This document shows, in pieces, positions 23,457-33,852 of a stretch of DNA of 37,240 bases. The position numbers and the translations under genes were made by a program. The stretch is taken from the IMG/VR virus record IMGVR_UViG_3300044843_000038, positions 1 through 37,240 of that record; one strand, 5' to 3'. A model generated the notes under the pieces. The model saw only the letters and a program-made list of their open reading frames with translations. It was not told the DNA's origin and did no database searches. This DNA comes from a virus (lineage: Duplodnaviria; Caudoviricetes). The first letter of the stretch is position 1; each line of letters opens with the position of its first letter.

Positions 23457-26291
23457 TTACCCCAAAACCATCCACGATTGACCATCTGGAACCGTCACAG
23501 CATAACCTGCCGCGACCGTGACAGGACTGACAGACAGTCCGTTTGTGTTGCTCGTAAGTGTGACATTGCTCGAAATCAAAATTTGCGATTCTAGGATTGG
23601 CCCACCTGCGCCACCACCTGTAGCCGACAGCGTACCAGCCGACAAACTAAGGCCAGAACCTACCGTGACGTTACTAAAACCGCCCGTACCGTTGTTGGCT
23701 AAAAGCTCTGTACTTGTACCCGTAGGAGCAGGAGCAGCACCTATCGTATTGTAGGAAAGCGTGACTGCTGTAGAACCGTTGAATGTCGTTCCTGACGCTG
23801 CGCCAGAACCAGAGTTATTGAGTGTTAAAGCATTGGTTGTTGTGCCACTCCCTCCGGTTGCGCTTAACGTACCAGCAGAGAACGATAATCCGGTTCCTAC
23901 CGTGACATTAGAAAAGCCACCAGACCCGTTTCCATACAGGATTGACGTACCACTAGTAGCAGGAGCGTAGTCCGTACCTGATGTGGCTGTCGTAAAGCCT
24001 GAGCCATTGCCTTTTAAGATGCCGCTTAAACTTGTTGTGACTGCAAGCGTTCCTGAACTCGTTACCGGAGAATTGGAAACCGTAAAGCCAGAAGGCATGG
24101 TGAGGCCAACTGAAGTAACTGTCCCAGAGCCACTTCCTGCCGATGCCCATACAAACGCTGAACCATTCCACTGTAAATAAGTAGATGATGTCGTAGGAGC
24201 ATCTATAAACGATGTCGCACCTACACCCGTCTGGTACACAATCTTGTTAGCAGAACCTCCAGATACATTCTGTGCGCCTGTTGCCGTTGTTGCAGAGGCT
24301 GCGCTTCCAGTAATTGATATTGACCAGGTTCCGCTAGCGTTAGTACCCGTTGTGGATGGAGCGCCAATCGTGTTGTAGCTGATGGTTCGTGCTACCGATC
24401 CATCGAAGGTTGTTCCTGAAGCAGCACCGGAGCCTGAGTTGTTGAAGGTTGCAGCATTGGTAGTCGTTCCACCGCCACCAGACGCAGCAGCCCAAACAAA
24501 CCCCGTTCCATTCCAAGAGAGGTAAGTCGAGCTAACCGTTGGGCCTGCAATAAAACTCGTGGTTCCAGAACTCGTCTGGTAAGGGATCTGGTTAGGACCG
24601 CCGCTAGCAAGGTTTGTGGAGGTTGTCGCAGAGGTTGCAGACGTTGCACTTGTCGCCGTTGCCGCGTTGATATTCCATGAGCCTGTCGCGCCTGTACCTG
24701 TGATCGGCACATAGTCCGTACCAGCAGTTGCATTTGCAAAGCCACCAGAACCGTTAGCCTTTAAGATCGAGGTTCCTGTTGTCGCAGGAGCGTAGTCAAT
24801 CCCAGACGATGCAGTAGAAAAGCCACCTGCGTTGTCGCCTTTTAGGATGCCTGTGCCTGACGTTGGTGGAGCGAAGTCAGTACCAGACACTGCCGCAGAG
24901 ATAACGCCGCTAGCAGCCTTCAGAACGCCCGTAGTGCCTGCTGCTTTAACCAACTTGCCCGTACTACCATCAAACAAAACGATTTGATTCGCGGTCGCTC
25001 CAGACGGTCCTACAACGTCACCCGTTCCTGCTGGAGTCGCCCAGGTTAGTGCGGTCCCATTCCACGAGAGGTAAGTACCCGACGAGGATGGAGCGGTTAC
25101 GAAGCCCGTTGTATTAGATGCGGTCTGTACCGCAAGACGATTGGCAGCGCCGCCTGCAAGATTGGTTGCGGTTGTTGCCGATGTTGCACTTGTCGCACTA
25201 TTGGCAGAACCAAGAATGTCGATGTTCCAGGTTCCAGTAGCGCCAGAACCCGTGTTAGAAGGAACGCCTAGATTGGTGCGAGCGTCACTTGCTGTAGAAG
25301 CGCCAGTACCACCATCTGCAACAGCCAGGTCTGTAATCCCTGTGATCGAGCCACCGGAGATAGAAACCGAGTTAGCCGCTTGTGTAGCGATAGACCCAAG
25401 ACCGAGGTTCGTTCTTGCGGTCGAGGCTGACGATAGGTCAGAGAGATTATTGGCCCTGTAAGCGTAGGTTGTATCCTGGCCTGTCGCGGTCACTCCTAAG
25501 TTAGTGCGAGCATCCAGCGCAGAAGAAGCTCCGGTCCCACCGTCTGCCACGGCAAGATCGGTAATTCCTGTAATTGAACCGCCAGTAATAGATACGCTAG
25601 CAGCGGACTGTGTGGCAATCGTGCCTAAGCCTAGATTCGTGCGAGCAGTCGAGGCCGAGGAGAGATCAGAGAGGTTATTGGACCTAAAGGCATAGGTTGT
25701 ATCTTGACCTGTCTCAGTAACGCCTAAGTTAGTCCTCGCTGTTGCCGCATCTGTCGCACCCGTACCACCACGAGCAACCGTCAAAGTTCCTGTCGTTCCC
25801 GCAATAAGAGGAAGGCCAGTACCGTTGGTTAGGGTTACAGCAGAAGGTGTACCGAGATCAGGTGTCGTTAGCGCCGGAGATGTTGCGCGAACAACATTGC
25901 CCGTGCCCGTAACGGACGAGAAAGAAAGGTTTCCAGAACCGTCTGTGCCTAATAGGGTGTTGGCAGCACCATCAGCAGAGGGAAGTACAAAGGTTGTGTT
26001 GGTGGAGATAGAAGCGGCAGCGCGTAACTCAACGTAGTTAGAACCGTTGTCTGCATCCTCACCGAGACGAACGCGACCTGCGTTAGCCGTTACACCCTGA
26101 ACCGTTAAAACATCAGAAGAGGTAAACGAGTCGCCATCTAAGCCTGCCTGTTGATTCTTGAGCTGCGACATAAGCTCACGAATCGCGTTATTGATGTTAC
26201 TAGGAGCGCAGCCCTCAGCAATATCGATGCCATCAATATCGGTGTTGTTGCCTGGAGTTGAGGAGAACTCGGAAATCTTTGTCTTTGCCAT
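23457..26291 (-). CDS. Major tail fibre with internal repeats
   Basis: N-terminal anchor (IAEGCAPSNINNAIRELM), ARTNLG, NNLSDL and GGTGA repeats. Confidence 0.88.
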   Translation of the reverse strand: MAKTKISEFSSTPGNNTDIDGIDIAEGCAPSNINNAIRELMSQLKNQQAGLDGDSFTSSDVLTVQGVTANAGRVRLGEDADNGSNYVELRAAASISTNTTFVLPSADGAANTLLGTDGSGNLSFSSVTGTGNVVRATSPALTTPDLGTPSAVTLTNGTGLPLIAGTTGTLTVARGGTGATDAATARTNLGVTETGQDTTYAFRSNNLSDLSSASTARTNLGLGTIATQSAASVSITGGSITGITDLAVADGGTGASSALDARTNLGVTATGQDTTYAYRANNLSDLSSASTARTNLGLGSIATQAANSVSISGGSITGITDLAVADGGTGASTASDARTNLGVPSNTGSGATGTWNIDILGSANSATSATSATTATNLAGGAANRLAVQTASNTTGFVTAPSSSGTYLSWNGTALTWATPAGTGDVVGPSGATANQIVLFDGSTGKLVKAAGTTGVLKAASGVISAAVSGTDFAPPTSGTGILKGDNAGGFSTASSGIDYAPATTGTSILKANGSGGFANATAGTDYVPITGTGATGSWNINAATATSATSATSATTSTNLASGGPNQIPYQTSSGTTSFIAGPTVSSTYLSWNGTGFVWAAASGGGGTTTNAATFNNSGSGAASGTTFDGSVARTISYNTIGAPSTTGTNASGTWSISITGSAASATTATGAQNVSGGSANKIVYQTGVGATSFIDAPTTSSTYLQWNGSAFVWASAGSGSGTVTSVGLTMPSGFTVSNSPVTSSGTLAVTTSLSGILKGNGSGFTTATSGTDYAPATSGTSILYGNGSGGFSNVTVGTGLSFSAGTLSATGGSGTTTNALTLNNSGSGAASGTTFNGSTAVTLSYNTIGAAPAPTGTSTELLANNGTGGFSNVTVGSGLSLSAGTLSATGGGAGGPILESQILISSNVTLTSNTNGLSVSPVTVAAGYAVTVPDGQSWMVLG

Positions 26292-26293
26292 GA

Positions 26294-28198
26294 TTACTCC
26301 GCTAGCAACGATGGGGTTAAATAAGCCCCAGCGCCATACGCCCCTGCGCTTCTTGCGCCTACCGCAGTGCCGCCCATAATTTGACCGACCCTACGCTGTA
26401 AATCTGCCATCACGCTATCGTCCTGTAACGCCCTTCTAACAAGAGTTGGGTCTGTTTCAACCAAAATCTTTGCAACACGCTCACGATCAGGCTCGGAAAG
26501 ATTTTGAGTTTTGCTACTCAGGATTTTACGGGTTACGTTCAATAAAGCGAAGGGATCTCCGCTCATAGCCGAAACCATCTCCTGAGCAGAAACGTTAGAA
26601 CCAACTTTTTGAGCCTGTAACAGGCTAGGAGCAGTTTGAGATCCACCAAGAACCGAAGTGGCTGTTTTTTGAGATTGAGACGCAAGATCAATTTTCTTCA
26701 TCAAGTCGGAAAGCGAATCTTGAGGGTACACAGACCTTAAGATTTTTGCTTCTTTGCTCTCAGGGTCTGCGAGCGTTGTCATTAAAGACTTGCGCTGCCC
26801 AGTTGTGAACTTGTTGCGGAATGAGTCCATAACGCCAGAGCGATATGCTTGTAATTGCTGTGCGTTTAGTCCCTGAACTTCCAAATCAACCTGGTCTGCA
26901 CTTTTCGTAAGAGCTTTCCTGCCCTCGCCAAAAGCGTCTCTTGCTTGACGCAATGCAGCAGCACCTGCCCTGGCTTTGGCTAATGGCTGAGATGCTGCGT
27001 CCAGTGCCGTTTTGATGTTTAACTCAAGGTTTTTAAGGATCTCTCCATAAGACCCCTGCCCTGCTCGATAGGCTTGATCTGCCTCGTCGCGCAAAGCCCT
27101 TCTTGCAATCTCGAAATCTTCAAGTGTTGCGCCTTTATCAAACTTCACATTGCCATCAACAACCTCAAAAAAGTTTTTCTTACCTGTTTCTGCTCGGTAA
27201 TTGCGGTTGATGTTTTCAACTACATTGGGAACTTTTTTGATTGCATCGCCAAAGGCTAGTGTTAACTCAGGAGATATGATCCCGCCTTGTTCAAAGGCTT
27301 GTTTGTATGCCTGGCGCTCTGCTGCTCTTGCAGCGTCATCAGTCATCTTCATGGAGCGAAGCACGCTCTTATTAACGCCAGGCGTTAATCCTGCCTGCAT
27401 CATGCTTTGAGCAGACTTTCTAAACGCTTCAGGTCGGACCGTTAATGCTTCTCTAAGAATATTGGAAGCAGAGCCACCCTGTGAGTACAGCGCACGAACC
27501 GCTGTTCTCAGCGTCTCGTTTTCTGCCATGATTTCGCCCTTAGCGATACGATCAACGATCTCATCTGTTGTCATGCCGCTAGTGCTTGCGAGCCTTTGGA
27601 TTTCCGTTTCGACAGCCTTACTTCCTCGACCGCCTATGTTGCGCCTCGCCCAATCAACAACCTTGTCGGCAGTAAACCCAAGAGCCTCCATGCCCTTCTG
27701 AGCAATCGGACCTAGCGCAGCGCCTGTAACCGCTCCGGTAACCGCACCAGCGCCACGCTCTTGCATACCACCCTCAGCAGACGCAAATCCAGTTATACCA
27801 CCTTGCGCTCCACTGAGCGCAGCAGCGCGTCCTAACGTCATTGGAATAGATGCGCCGCCAGTAAGCGGAGCGGTTAGTAAACCCATACCAGCCGCACCCA
27901 TCAATTCAGCACCAGTTGATTCAACGGGCTGTGCTTGCTGGTAAGCCTTGATTTTTGTACGGATCTCGCTAAGAACCTCGTCGTACGGCCTTCCCGTCCA
28001 TCGAGAAACAATCGCGGCCTCAGCCTCGTCAGATGCTCCCATCGTAAAACCTTGGGCGGCAGTACGAAGTCTTTGCGTAGGAGGCTCCTTTTGAGCTTGC
28101 ATTAGTGCCGCCTGATACGCTTGCTCGTCCGTAAGTTCTTGCTCGGACTCTACGCGAAACCGACCTTGGCCTGGAATCTCGACGCTGTAGGTTTTCAT
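26294..28198 (-). CDS. Putative DNA ejection/internal virion protein (large)
   Basis: 634 aa, Ala/Gly-rich helical, QGFTMGASDEAEA motif; third of three ORFs before the fibre. Confidence 0.65.
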   Translation of the reverse strand: MKTYSVEIPGQGRFRVESEQELTDEQAYQAALMQAQKEPPTQRLRTAAQGFTMGASDEAEAAIVSRWTGRPYDEVLSEIRTKIKAYQQAQPVESTGAELMGAAGMGLLTAPLTGGASIPMTLGRAAALSGAQGGITGFASAEGGMQERGAGAVTGAVTGAALGPIAQKGMEALGFTADKVVDWARRNIGGRGSKAVETEIQRLASTSGMTTDEIVDRIAKGEIMAENETLRTAVRALYSQGGSASNILREALTVRPEAFRKSAQSMMQAGLTPGVNKSVLRSMKMTDDAARAAERQAYKQAFEQGGIISPELTLAFGDAIKKVPNVVENINRNYRAETGKKNFFEVVDGNVKFDKGATLEDFEIARRALRDEADQAYRAGQGSYGEILKNLELNIKTALDAASQPLAKARAGAAALRQARDAFGEGRKALTKSADQVDLEVQGLNAQQLQAYRSGVMDSFRNKFTTGQRKSLMTTLADPESKEAKILRSVYPQDSLSDLMKKIDLASQSQKTATSVLGGSQTAPSLLQAQKVGSNVSAQEMVSAMSGDPFALLNVTRKILSSKTQNLSEPDRERVAKILVETDPTLVRRALQDDSVMADLQRRVGQIMGGTAVGARSAGAYGAGAYLTPSLLAE

Positions 28199-29658
28199 TA
28201 GCGTTCCCTAGTAACTCTTACGCCTGGAGGTAATCCGGCAGAACCAACGGACCTAAGCCCTTCAAACTTGCGCCTCAATTGATCTCCAGACGTTGTGTAA
28301 ACAGGAGACGTTTGCCTAAAGTTTTCCAAAGCCCTGTCTTGTTCAGCCTTAGCTTTGATAGGGTTTGACGCAATAATTTTTTCGTTTTCTTGAACCCATC
28401 TTGAAGAGAAATCAGCGTCAGCAAGTTGCCGCTCCGCTTTAACTCGTAATGCTTCGAGTATTAGTTTATTACCTTCAACTGACTTGGATAATTCCGGCGA
28501 TGATTTAGCAATAAACGCCAAATCCTTGTCTGTTGGATTTGCGCCAAGCGATTTAACCTGCGGCAAAACAAGCTGCGCCGTAGCCGCCTGAACAGCCTCA
28601 ATACCAGCGGTTTCTGGAACCTTAAAGTTAGGATCAATTGCCTGACCAATTCGATTAAGAGTTGCCCTAGACTCGGCCCCAAAACCTGTTTTTACTCCAG
28701 CATCAAGGAATCCTTGTAGCTGACCAACAACACCAAGCGTTGTTCTTGCGTTGCCAGCAGCCTCTTGAATACCCTGATAGCTAGCAAAAACACCTTTGCC
28801 AAATTCACTTTGAGTCGGGACGTTAACCCCAACATTAGTCGCCCCAGCTTTTTTAGACTCTATGACACCTTTCTGCCAAACGTCTTGCCTTTGTTTTGGG
28901 GTTAATTTTGCAGGATCGCTAGTGCCATATTCACTAAGGGCATAATTTGCCGCCTCCCCTGTAAACCCTTTGCCGCCAGCATCCATAACTCTTACTAAAG
29001 ACGGTGTTTTTGCATTTTTGTCATAAGCAAAAATACCCTGGTCTGTTGACATATAGCCCATCTCAGACTTTTCTGGGACGGTATGCAGCACCTGCCCAGT
29101 TACTTCGTCCATGATTACATCACCAGGCTTGTAAACCTTTGTTTGCGGTTTAGTAAATGATTGAATCTGTTGGCCCAGCGGAATAGCAACCGTGGGCGAC
29201 ACACCGGCAGCAGTTGCTCTTTGCAAAAACTGTTGAGGATCAAATCGAGCTGGACCCGTAGCAACAGAAGGAGTTCTCATTTCCATCCGCTCAAGATCCG
29301 TCAACTCTCTTTGAGGAGCGACCATAGCGCCCTGAATAAGGCCAGGTAATGCTTGTTCAGCTCTTTGTTTCTTCGCCATCTCGCCAAGCTGTAGCGCAGT
29401 CATCTTGTCCTGCACCGCTTGCTGCACAGCACCACGATAGGCTTGCTGGCCTGCCTGTAAACCTTGCGCCACAAGCTCGCCCGTAGACCTTCTAACAGGG
29501 CTTCTTCCAGATCCGGCCAACAGAGAAAGCCCTAAGTTAAGCAAACCTTGGTCTTGTGCTTGTTGGCGTAACTTCTCCTGCTCTTCAGCGCCTAACAGGC
29601 CACCCATGTAAGAAGGCATGTCGCCAAATATGCCGCCAAGGAAATTAGATGTAGACAC
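28198..29658 (-). CDS. Putative DNA ejection/internal virion protein
   Basis: 486 aa, GLL-rich N-terminus, Gln/Ala-rich; synteny. Confidence 0.65.
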   Translation of the reverse strand: MSTSNFLGGIFGDMPSYMGGLLGAEEQEKLRQQAQDQGLLNLGLSLLAGSGRSPVRRSTGELVAQGLQAGQQAYRGAVQQAVQDKMTALQLGEMAKKQRAEQALPGLIQGAMVAPQRELTDLERMEMRTPSVATGPARFDPQQFLQRATAAGVSPTVAIPLGQQIQSFTKPQTKVYKPGDVIMDEVTGQVLHTVPEKSEMGYMSTDQGIFAYDKNAKTPSLVRVMDAGGKGFTGEAANYALSEYGTSDPAKLTPKQRQDVWQKGVIESKKAGATNVGVNVPTQSEFGKGVFASYQGIQEAAGNARTTLGVVGQLQGFLDAGVKTGFGAESRATLNRIGQAIDPNFKVPETAGIEAVQAATAQLVLPQVKSLGANPTDKDLAFIAKSSPELSKSVEGNKLILEALRVKAERQLADADFSSRWVQENEKIIASNPIKAKAEQDRALENFRQTSPVYTTSGDQLRRKFEGLRSVGSAGLPPGVRVTRER

Positions 29659-29660
29659 AA

Positions 29661-30620
29661 TTACCTCCCAAGCAAGCCAAGCAATCCACCTGCCGCTGCG
29701 CCCAACCCAGTACCAAGACCAGGAACCATACTGCCTAATCGAGCGCCTGTTAAAGCGCCGCCTAGAGCACCTGCCAGCGGATTAGAGTAGGTCGGCTGAA
29801 TAGTCTGCTGCCCAGCAGGAGCGCCATAAGCACTCGACAAGAACGACTGTAAGTTCGCGTAAGGTTGCTGTTGTTGGTAGTTGAACTTCTGAATGGCATC
29901 CGCAAGAGCAGCCTGTTGGTATTGCTCTGCTGTCTGACCAACCTGAGCAAGTTGTGCAATGTCCGTGTAGTCCTGAGCAGCAAGACCTGGCGCAGCACCG
30001 ATAGCCGCCTGTTGTCTAGCCTTCTCTTGCTCGTAAAGGTTTGCACTGAGACCAAGCGCAGACTGCTGCCTTGCTCGCTCGTCTGCATAGTTCTGGTAAG
30101 CAAGCTGACCAGCCTGAGAAGTTAGCGCATTTGCTAACGCGCCCTGAGCACGAGCCTCTTGAGACATCAAAGCCTCGTTCATCCCGTAGCGACCAGAAGC
30201 AGACGCTTTAGACCTCATTTGGTTGATTGCGTCTTGATAAGACTGCGTTGCTTGGTTAAAGCCAGGCTGTAAGGCTTGCGTAAGGTAAGGATTCGGGTTG
30301 AGGTAACTACCTGTAATTGTGCTTTGCAACAACGGGTTAAATTGACCTTGTAAAGCTGTAGCCTGAGCGCCGCCTATCTGGCCTGCAAGTTGTTGTTGGG
30401 CTAAAGGTACAAGCGGATTGCCTTGCATAGCCCTTGTCTGCATCGCAGACATTGCTGCCTGAGTCTGTTGCGATGGTCCAACGTACGTCTGCCCTGTGTA
30501 GGCTTGTGGGCCTCCAGTTGCGTATAGACGTTGAGCCTCAGATAGGCCGTACTGAACGTACGGCTGCATAGACGGATCTAATTCCGTCCTGGTTACTGTG
30601 TTTGTTGACCCGCCAGACAT
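29661..30620 (-). CDS. Putative DNA ejection (pilot-like) protein
   Basis: Gln/Ala-rich, NPYL motif, Gly/Ala hydrophobic C-terminus; synteny. Confidence 0.65.
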   Translation of the reverse strand: MSGGSTNTVTRTELDPSMQPYVQYGLSEAQRLYATGGPQAYTGQTYVGPSQQTQAAMSAMQTRAMQGNPLVPLAQQQLAGQIGGAQATALQGQFNPLLQSTITGSYLNPNPYLTQALQPGFNQATQSYQDAINQMRSKASASGRYGMNEALMSQEARAQGALANALTSQAGQLAYQNYADERARQQSALGLSANLYEQEKARQQAAIGAAPGLAAQDYTDIAQLAQVGQTAEQYQQAALADAIQKFNYQQQQPYANLQSFLSSAYGAPAGQQTIQPTYSNPLAGALGGALTGARLGSMVPGLGTGLGAAAGGLLGLLGR

Positions 30621-30621
30621 A

Positions 30622-31008
30622 TTAAACCTCTCTTACCCATTTCCTGGGCCTGAAACCCAACGCTTGAGCTTTGCGATCCCAGCCTTTACGCCACGAATCA
30701 AAGCTGATAGTCCTTGCGCCACCTTCTCGCGCAATGCGGAGAACATGATCCATGCCTGCATCAAAATCTCCCTTGCCATAAGCGCACCAAATATGCAAAT
30801 TATCGCCGATAGGCTGCAAAACAACAAAGCCGCAAGGATAAGTATCCTCAACAAAGACCCAAAGAAGTGATCGCCCTGCAAAACAGTCCGCGTAAATGTC
30901 TTCGGGTATCCATGCTTCTGGACTCTTTCTGAGAATGACTTCCAATCCCTGCCTAACGAACGGCCAGATCTTGCGAAGATTTTCCGGCTTAACGTATTGA
31001 ACATTCAT
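30622..31008 (-). CDS. GNAT-like protein preceding ejection genes
   Basis: GFVVL...LHIWCAYG...GARTISFDSWRKGW; position typical of podoviruses. Confidence 0.55.
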   Translation of the reverse strand: MNVQYVKPENLRKIWPFVRQGLEVILRKSPEAWIPEDIYADCFAGRSLLWVFVEDTYPCGFVVLQPIGDNLHIWCAYGKGDFDAGMDHVLRIAREGGARTISFDSWRKGWDRKAQALGFRPRKWVREV

Positions 31009-31787
31009 CCAACCACCACATAACCGTACGTCTTATCGGAGGTAGCGTTAGGAAAATGCGTAATCGTCGCGGAGCCATTCGTAACCGAAGAGATATACAC
31101 CCCACCGTTAGAAAACCCCCCAACAAACTGCATCGTGGCAATCACAGAAGGAGTCGCAGGTCTCGTCGGACTCGTTTGAGTGGGGATGTGCTCGATGATG
31201 GCAAGCGTTGATGTTGTAGACCACATAAGCTCAATGTAGTCATTGGCCGCCAGGTCCAAGAAGATGTTAAGCGCAGCAATGATGTGGCCTTTGACCGACC
31301 CGTGTTTTGAGTCAATCGAAAACTTAGAGTTGCTGTCAGCAACGTCAGTGCCGTTTTTTCTTATCCAAACATCTACATCCTGTATCTGCGAGTCATCGTT
31401 AGCAAACTGAATCGAGAACTGGAAGTTGTACTTACCAGCAGCCCTTACATTGATCCTCGACGAGTTTGATAGGTAGACGTTATTAGACAGGTCGGTGTTA
31501 GATAACGTAATGGCATAGGCTGTTGTGGTGCTTGCAGCGGATTGGTCTGTAACGTCAAAAAACGACCCATAAGGGACCGCATCTGCGTAGGCATTGGCAG
31601 AGTAAGGAACGAGGATGATCTTGCTTTCTACCCCTATTCTCGCGTCTGTAATCGTGGTTGTGGTGGCGTTTCCGGTATTAAGCGTTACCGTTCCCGTGTT
31701 GTTTGTCTTACCGTCCATGATGTTACGGACGATTTCGGCAACCGCTCTCGCATCGCCACCAAACGGAGGCAGCGTACGGAAGATCAT
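31005..31787 (-). CDS. Tail structural protein with inserted C1q/TNF-like beta domain
   Basis: GKTNNTGTVTL N-terminus; AAGKYNFQFSIQF...WIRKNG...LAANDYIELMW. Confidence 0.6.
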   Translation of the reverse strand: MIFRTLPPFGGDARAVAEIVRNIMDGKTNNTGTVTLNTGNATTTTITDARIGVESKIILVPYSANAYADAVPYGSFFDVTDQSAASTTTAYAITLSNTDLSNNVYLSNSSRINVRAAGKYNFQFSIQFANDDSQIQDVDVWIRKNGTDVADSNSKFSIDSKHGSVKGHIIAALNIFLDLAANDYIELMWSTTSTLAIIEHIPTQTSPTRPATPSVIATMQFVGGFSNGGVYISSVTNGSATITHFPNATSDKTYGYVVVG

Positions 31788-33235
31788 CTCAGCCCCTGCG
31801 GTACAACCGTGACATCTATTCCAACCGCAGAAGTCCAGACCCCAGAAGGCCTTACCTGCAACCGATGGTAGGTTCCAGAAGAACGCAAACCAATGCGGTT
31901 GTCATCGTTTGCCGTGTAGCTCGAACCCGTAAACTGAGCAACCTGGCCCAAACGCTTTCTCGACGAGATTTGCACTGAGCACGATCCCGTATCAATCACG
32001 GGTCTTACTAGCGTCACTACGCTAGGTGTATCGTTGAGCGATAAATCAGGTGTAATGATGTTTGCCGTTAATGCCGACCCAGAGAAAGCCACAATCTTCG
32101 CGCCTAGCGTACCCGTAAGCAGGTTGGATGTGACCGTATATCCAAAGGAATCAAGGCTTGCAGGAAGCGAATCAATGCTTCCGTAAGCGTCTAATTGCTC
32201 TAAGGTTAAGCCAGACGAAGAGGTTGTTGTGATGGCAGTCGAAGATGAGATCGTGTCTACATTCACTTCACCATAAGACCACTTGTTAAGGTTGAAGTTG
32301 TAGATCAGGACGTTGGTTGATTGACTTGTTGTCTTAAAGCACCAGATAACAAGGTTTTTAAGCGGGTCAATCGCAGCGCTCATCGTAGATAACTGCGATA
32401 TATCTACGTTGTTAAAGAACCACCTGTCTACCTTCTCGACAGAAATAGACTCGACTGCCTGACCATTACAGCGATAAAACCCGTCATCAGACAAAAAGAA
32501 CGACATGCCGCCATACTGGATGATCGAGTTGGGCTCCATACAACCTAAGCCCCTAGAGATCGTGTCAAACTGGAATACAAGAGGGCTTCCAACGTAGGAC
32601 ATACGGACAACCGCACGATCCATGTACACCAATCCATACTCACCACCCGTCAACCCCTTCACATGCCCACCGTCAGGAATGTCCTGGTAGTCAGACTGTG
32701 TAAGAGCAGACGGGGTCCAATCGGTTTCATCGCCCAACGCGCACCATTCGACACGGTTAGGGTAAATCGTTGCCCCGTTGTTAAAGCCTGCGACCACAAA
32801 GTCTCTAACCGTAGTGACGTACCGAGACTTAGGAGCAGCAGCACCAAGGTCTGCAAAGAGCGTCGATGAGCCCATGAGGTAGCCCTGGAGCCTGTCACCA
32901 CCGTTAGCTGCAATCACTCGGTTGCCGAATTGGGTAAACCGCCACTTCTGGTCCGATGGCGTTGTGTAGCCACCAGACTTTGATACGTCAGACAGAGCTA
33001 AGTTCGTACCTAACTTGAACAACTTCGTATCACCGCCAGCAAAGACCGTAACTGCTTCACTAGGTGCAGCAGCAGCAACAACCGAGTTAAGCGTTTCTGA
33101 TGCTGCGTTAGACCACTCAGCGGGAGCAGGAAGCGGTCCGTATCCTACCTGTTGCGGAATGACGTTCTTAGCATCCACGAGCGCACCAGCCACGCCTGGC
33201 TGATCGGGTAACCACTCACCAAAGTTAACTCTCAT
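31784..33235 (-). CDS. Tail hub/nozzle (P22 gp10-like stabilisation protein)
   Basis: FGEWLPDQP N-terminus, beta-rich, FFLSDDGFY motif; follows adaptor. Confidence 0.75.
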   Translation of the reverse strand: MRVNFGEWLPDQPGVAGALVDAKNVIPQQVGYGPLPAPAEWSNAASETLNSVVAAAAPSEAVTVFAGGDTKLFKLGTNLALSDVSKSGGYTTPSDQKWRFTQFGNRVIAANGGDRLQGYLMGSSTLFADLGAAAPKSRYVTTVRDFVVAGFNNGATIYPNRVEWCALGDETDWTPSALTQSDYQDIPDGGHVKGLTGGEYGLVYMDRAVVRMSYVGSPLVFQFDTISRGLGCMEPNSIIQYGGMSFFLSDDGFYRCNGQAVESISVEKVDRWFFNNVDISQLSTMSAAIDPLKNLVIWCFKTTSQSTNVLIYNFNLNKWSYGEVNVDTISSSTAITTTSSSGLTLEQLDAYGSIDSLPASLDSFGYTVTSNLLTGTLGAKIVAFSGSALTANIITPDLSLNDTPSVVTLVRPVIDTGSCSVQISSRKRLGQVAQFTGSSYTANDDNRIGLRSSGTYHRLQVRPSGVWTSAVGIDVTVVPQGLR

Positions 33236-33852
33236 CGTTTAGCAAGCGCCATCGCAAGAGGAACGCCTGAATACTGGCTCTCCTCGTCGGATCTCGTAAG
33301 CGCAGTGATCGCACGATCATACAAAACACCCCAGGTCTGCAACCGAGGGTCATTCATGAGATAAGGCTCAGCCTCTCCTAAAGCGCCGTACAAAAGCGCA
33401 TCAGGGCAAGTCGTTAGGAAGAGGTTTGTTGTGTTGGAAGTCGAGAGAAAAGCAGGCGCTGCGTAGTAGAGGATCTTAATCGTGTAATTGCTGTCAGGAA
33501 TTGGCGCAAGCTGAATGGTCGAACCGAGGATCGTGTAGAAAGCCGGTACACCACTCTCATTCGTCCTGCCGTTCCTGATGAAGATACTCGGCGTTGCGAA
33601 CGTGATCGGGAAGTCGGGATCAGAGTCAACGTACACATCCCGCGCTTGCAGGAAGTCAGTAGGGAGGTTAATTGTTGCGCCGCCACCAGTCGCCGCGATC
33701 GATGTCTGGGTAAGCATCTGTCGCAGGCGTAGATCTCTACGGAGGCGTATTTCCGCGAGTTGGATGAAGTCAGGGATCGCGGTAGTAAGATCATCTCTAC
33801 TGAGATAATTAGCTATCGTCGTTTGTAGTTCGCTGTAAGTGCTTAGGGCCAT
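33232..33852 (-). CDS. Head-tail adaptor
   Basis: TYSELQTTIANYL.R.DL...IPDFI.LAE...PDALLYGAL.EA. Confidence 0.8.
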   Translation of the reverse strand: MALSTYSELQTTIANYLSRDDLTTAIPDFIQLAEIRLRRDLRLRQMLTQTSIAATGGGATINLPTDFLQARDVYVDSDPDFPITFATPSIFIRNGRTNESGVPAFYTILGSTIQLAPIPDSNYTIKILYYAAPAFLSTSNTTNLFLTTCPDALLYGALGEAEPYLMNDPRLQTWGVLYDRAITALTRSDEESQYSGVPLAMALAKR

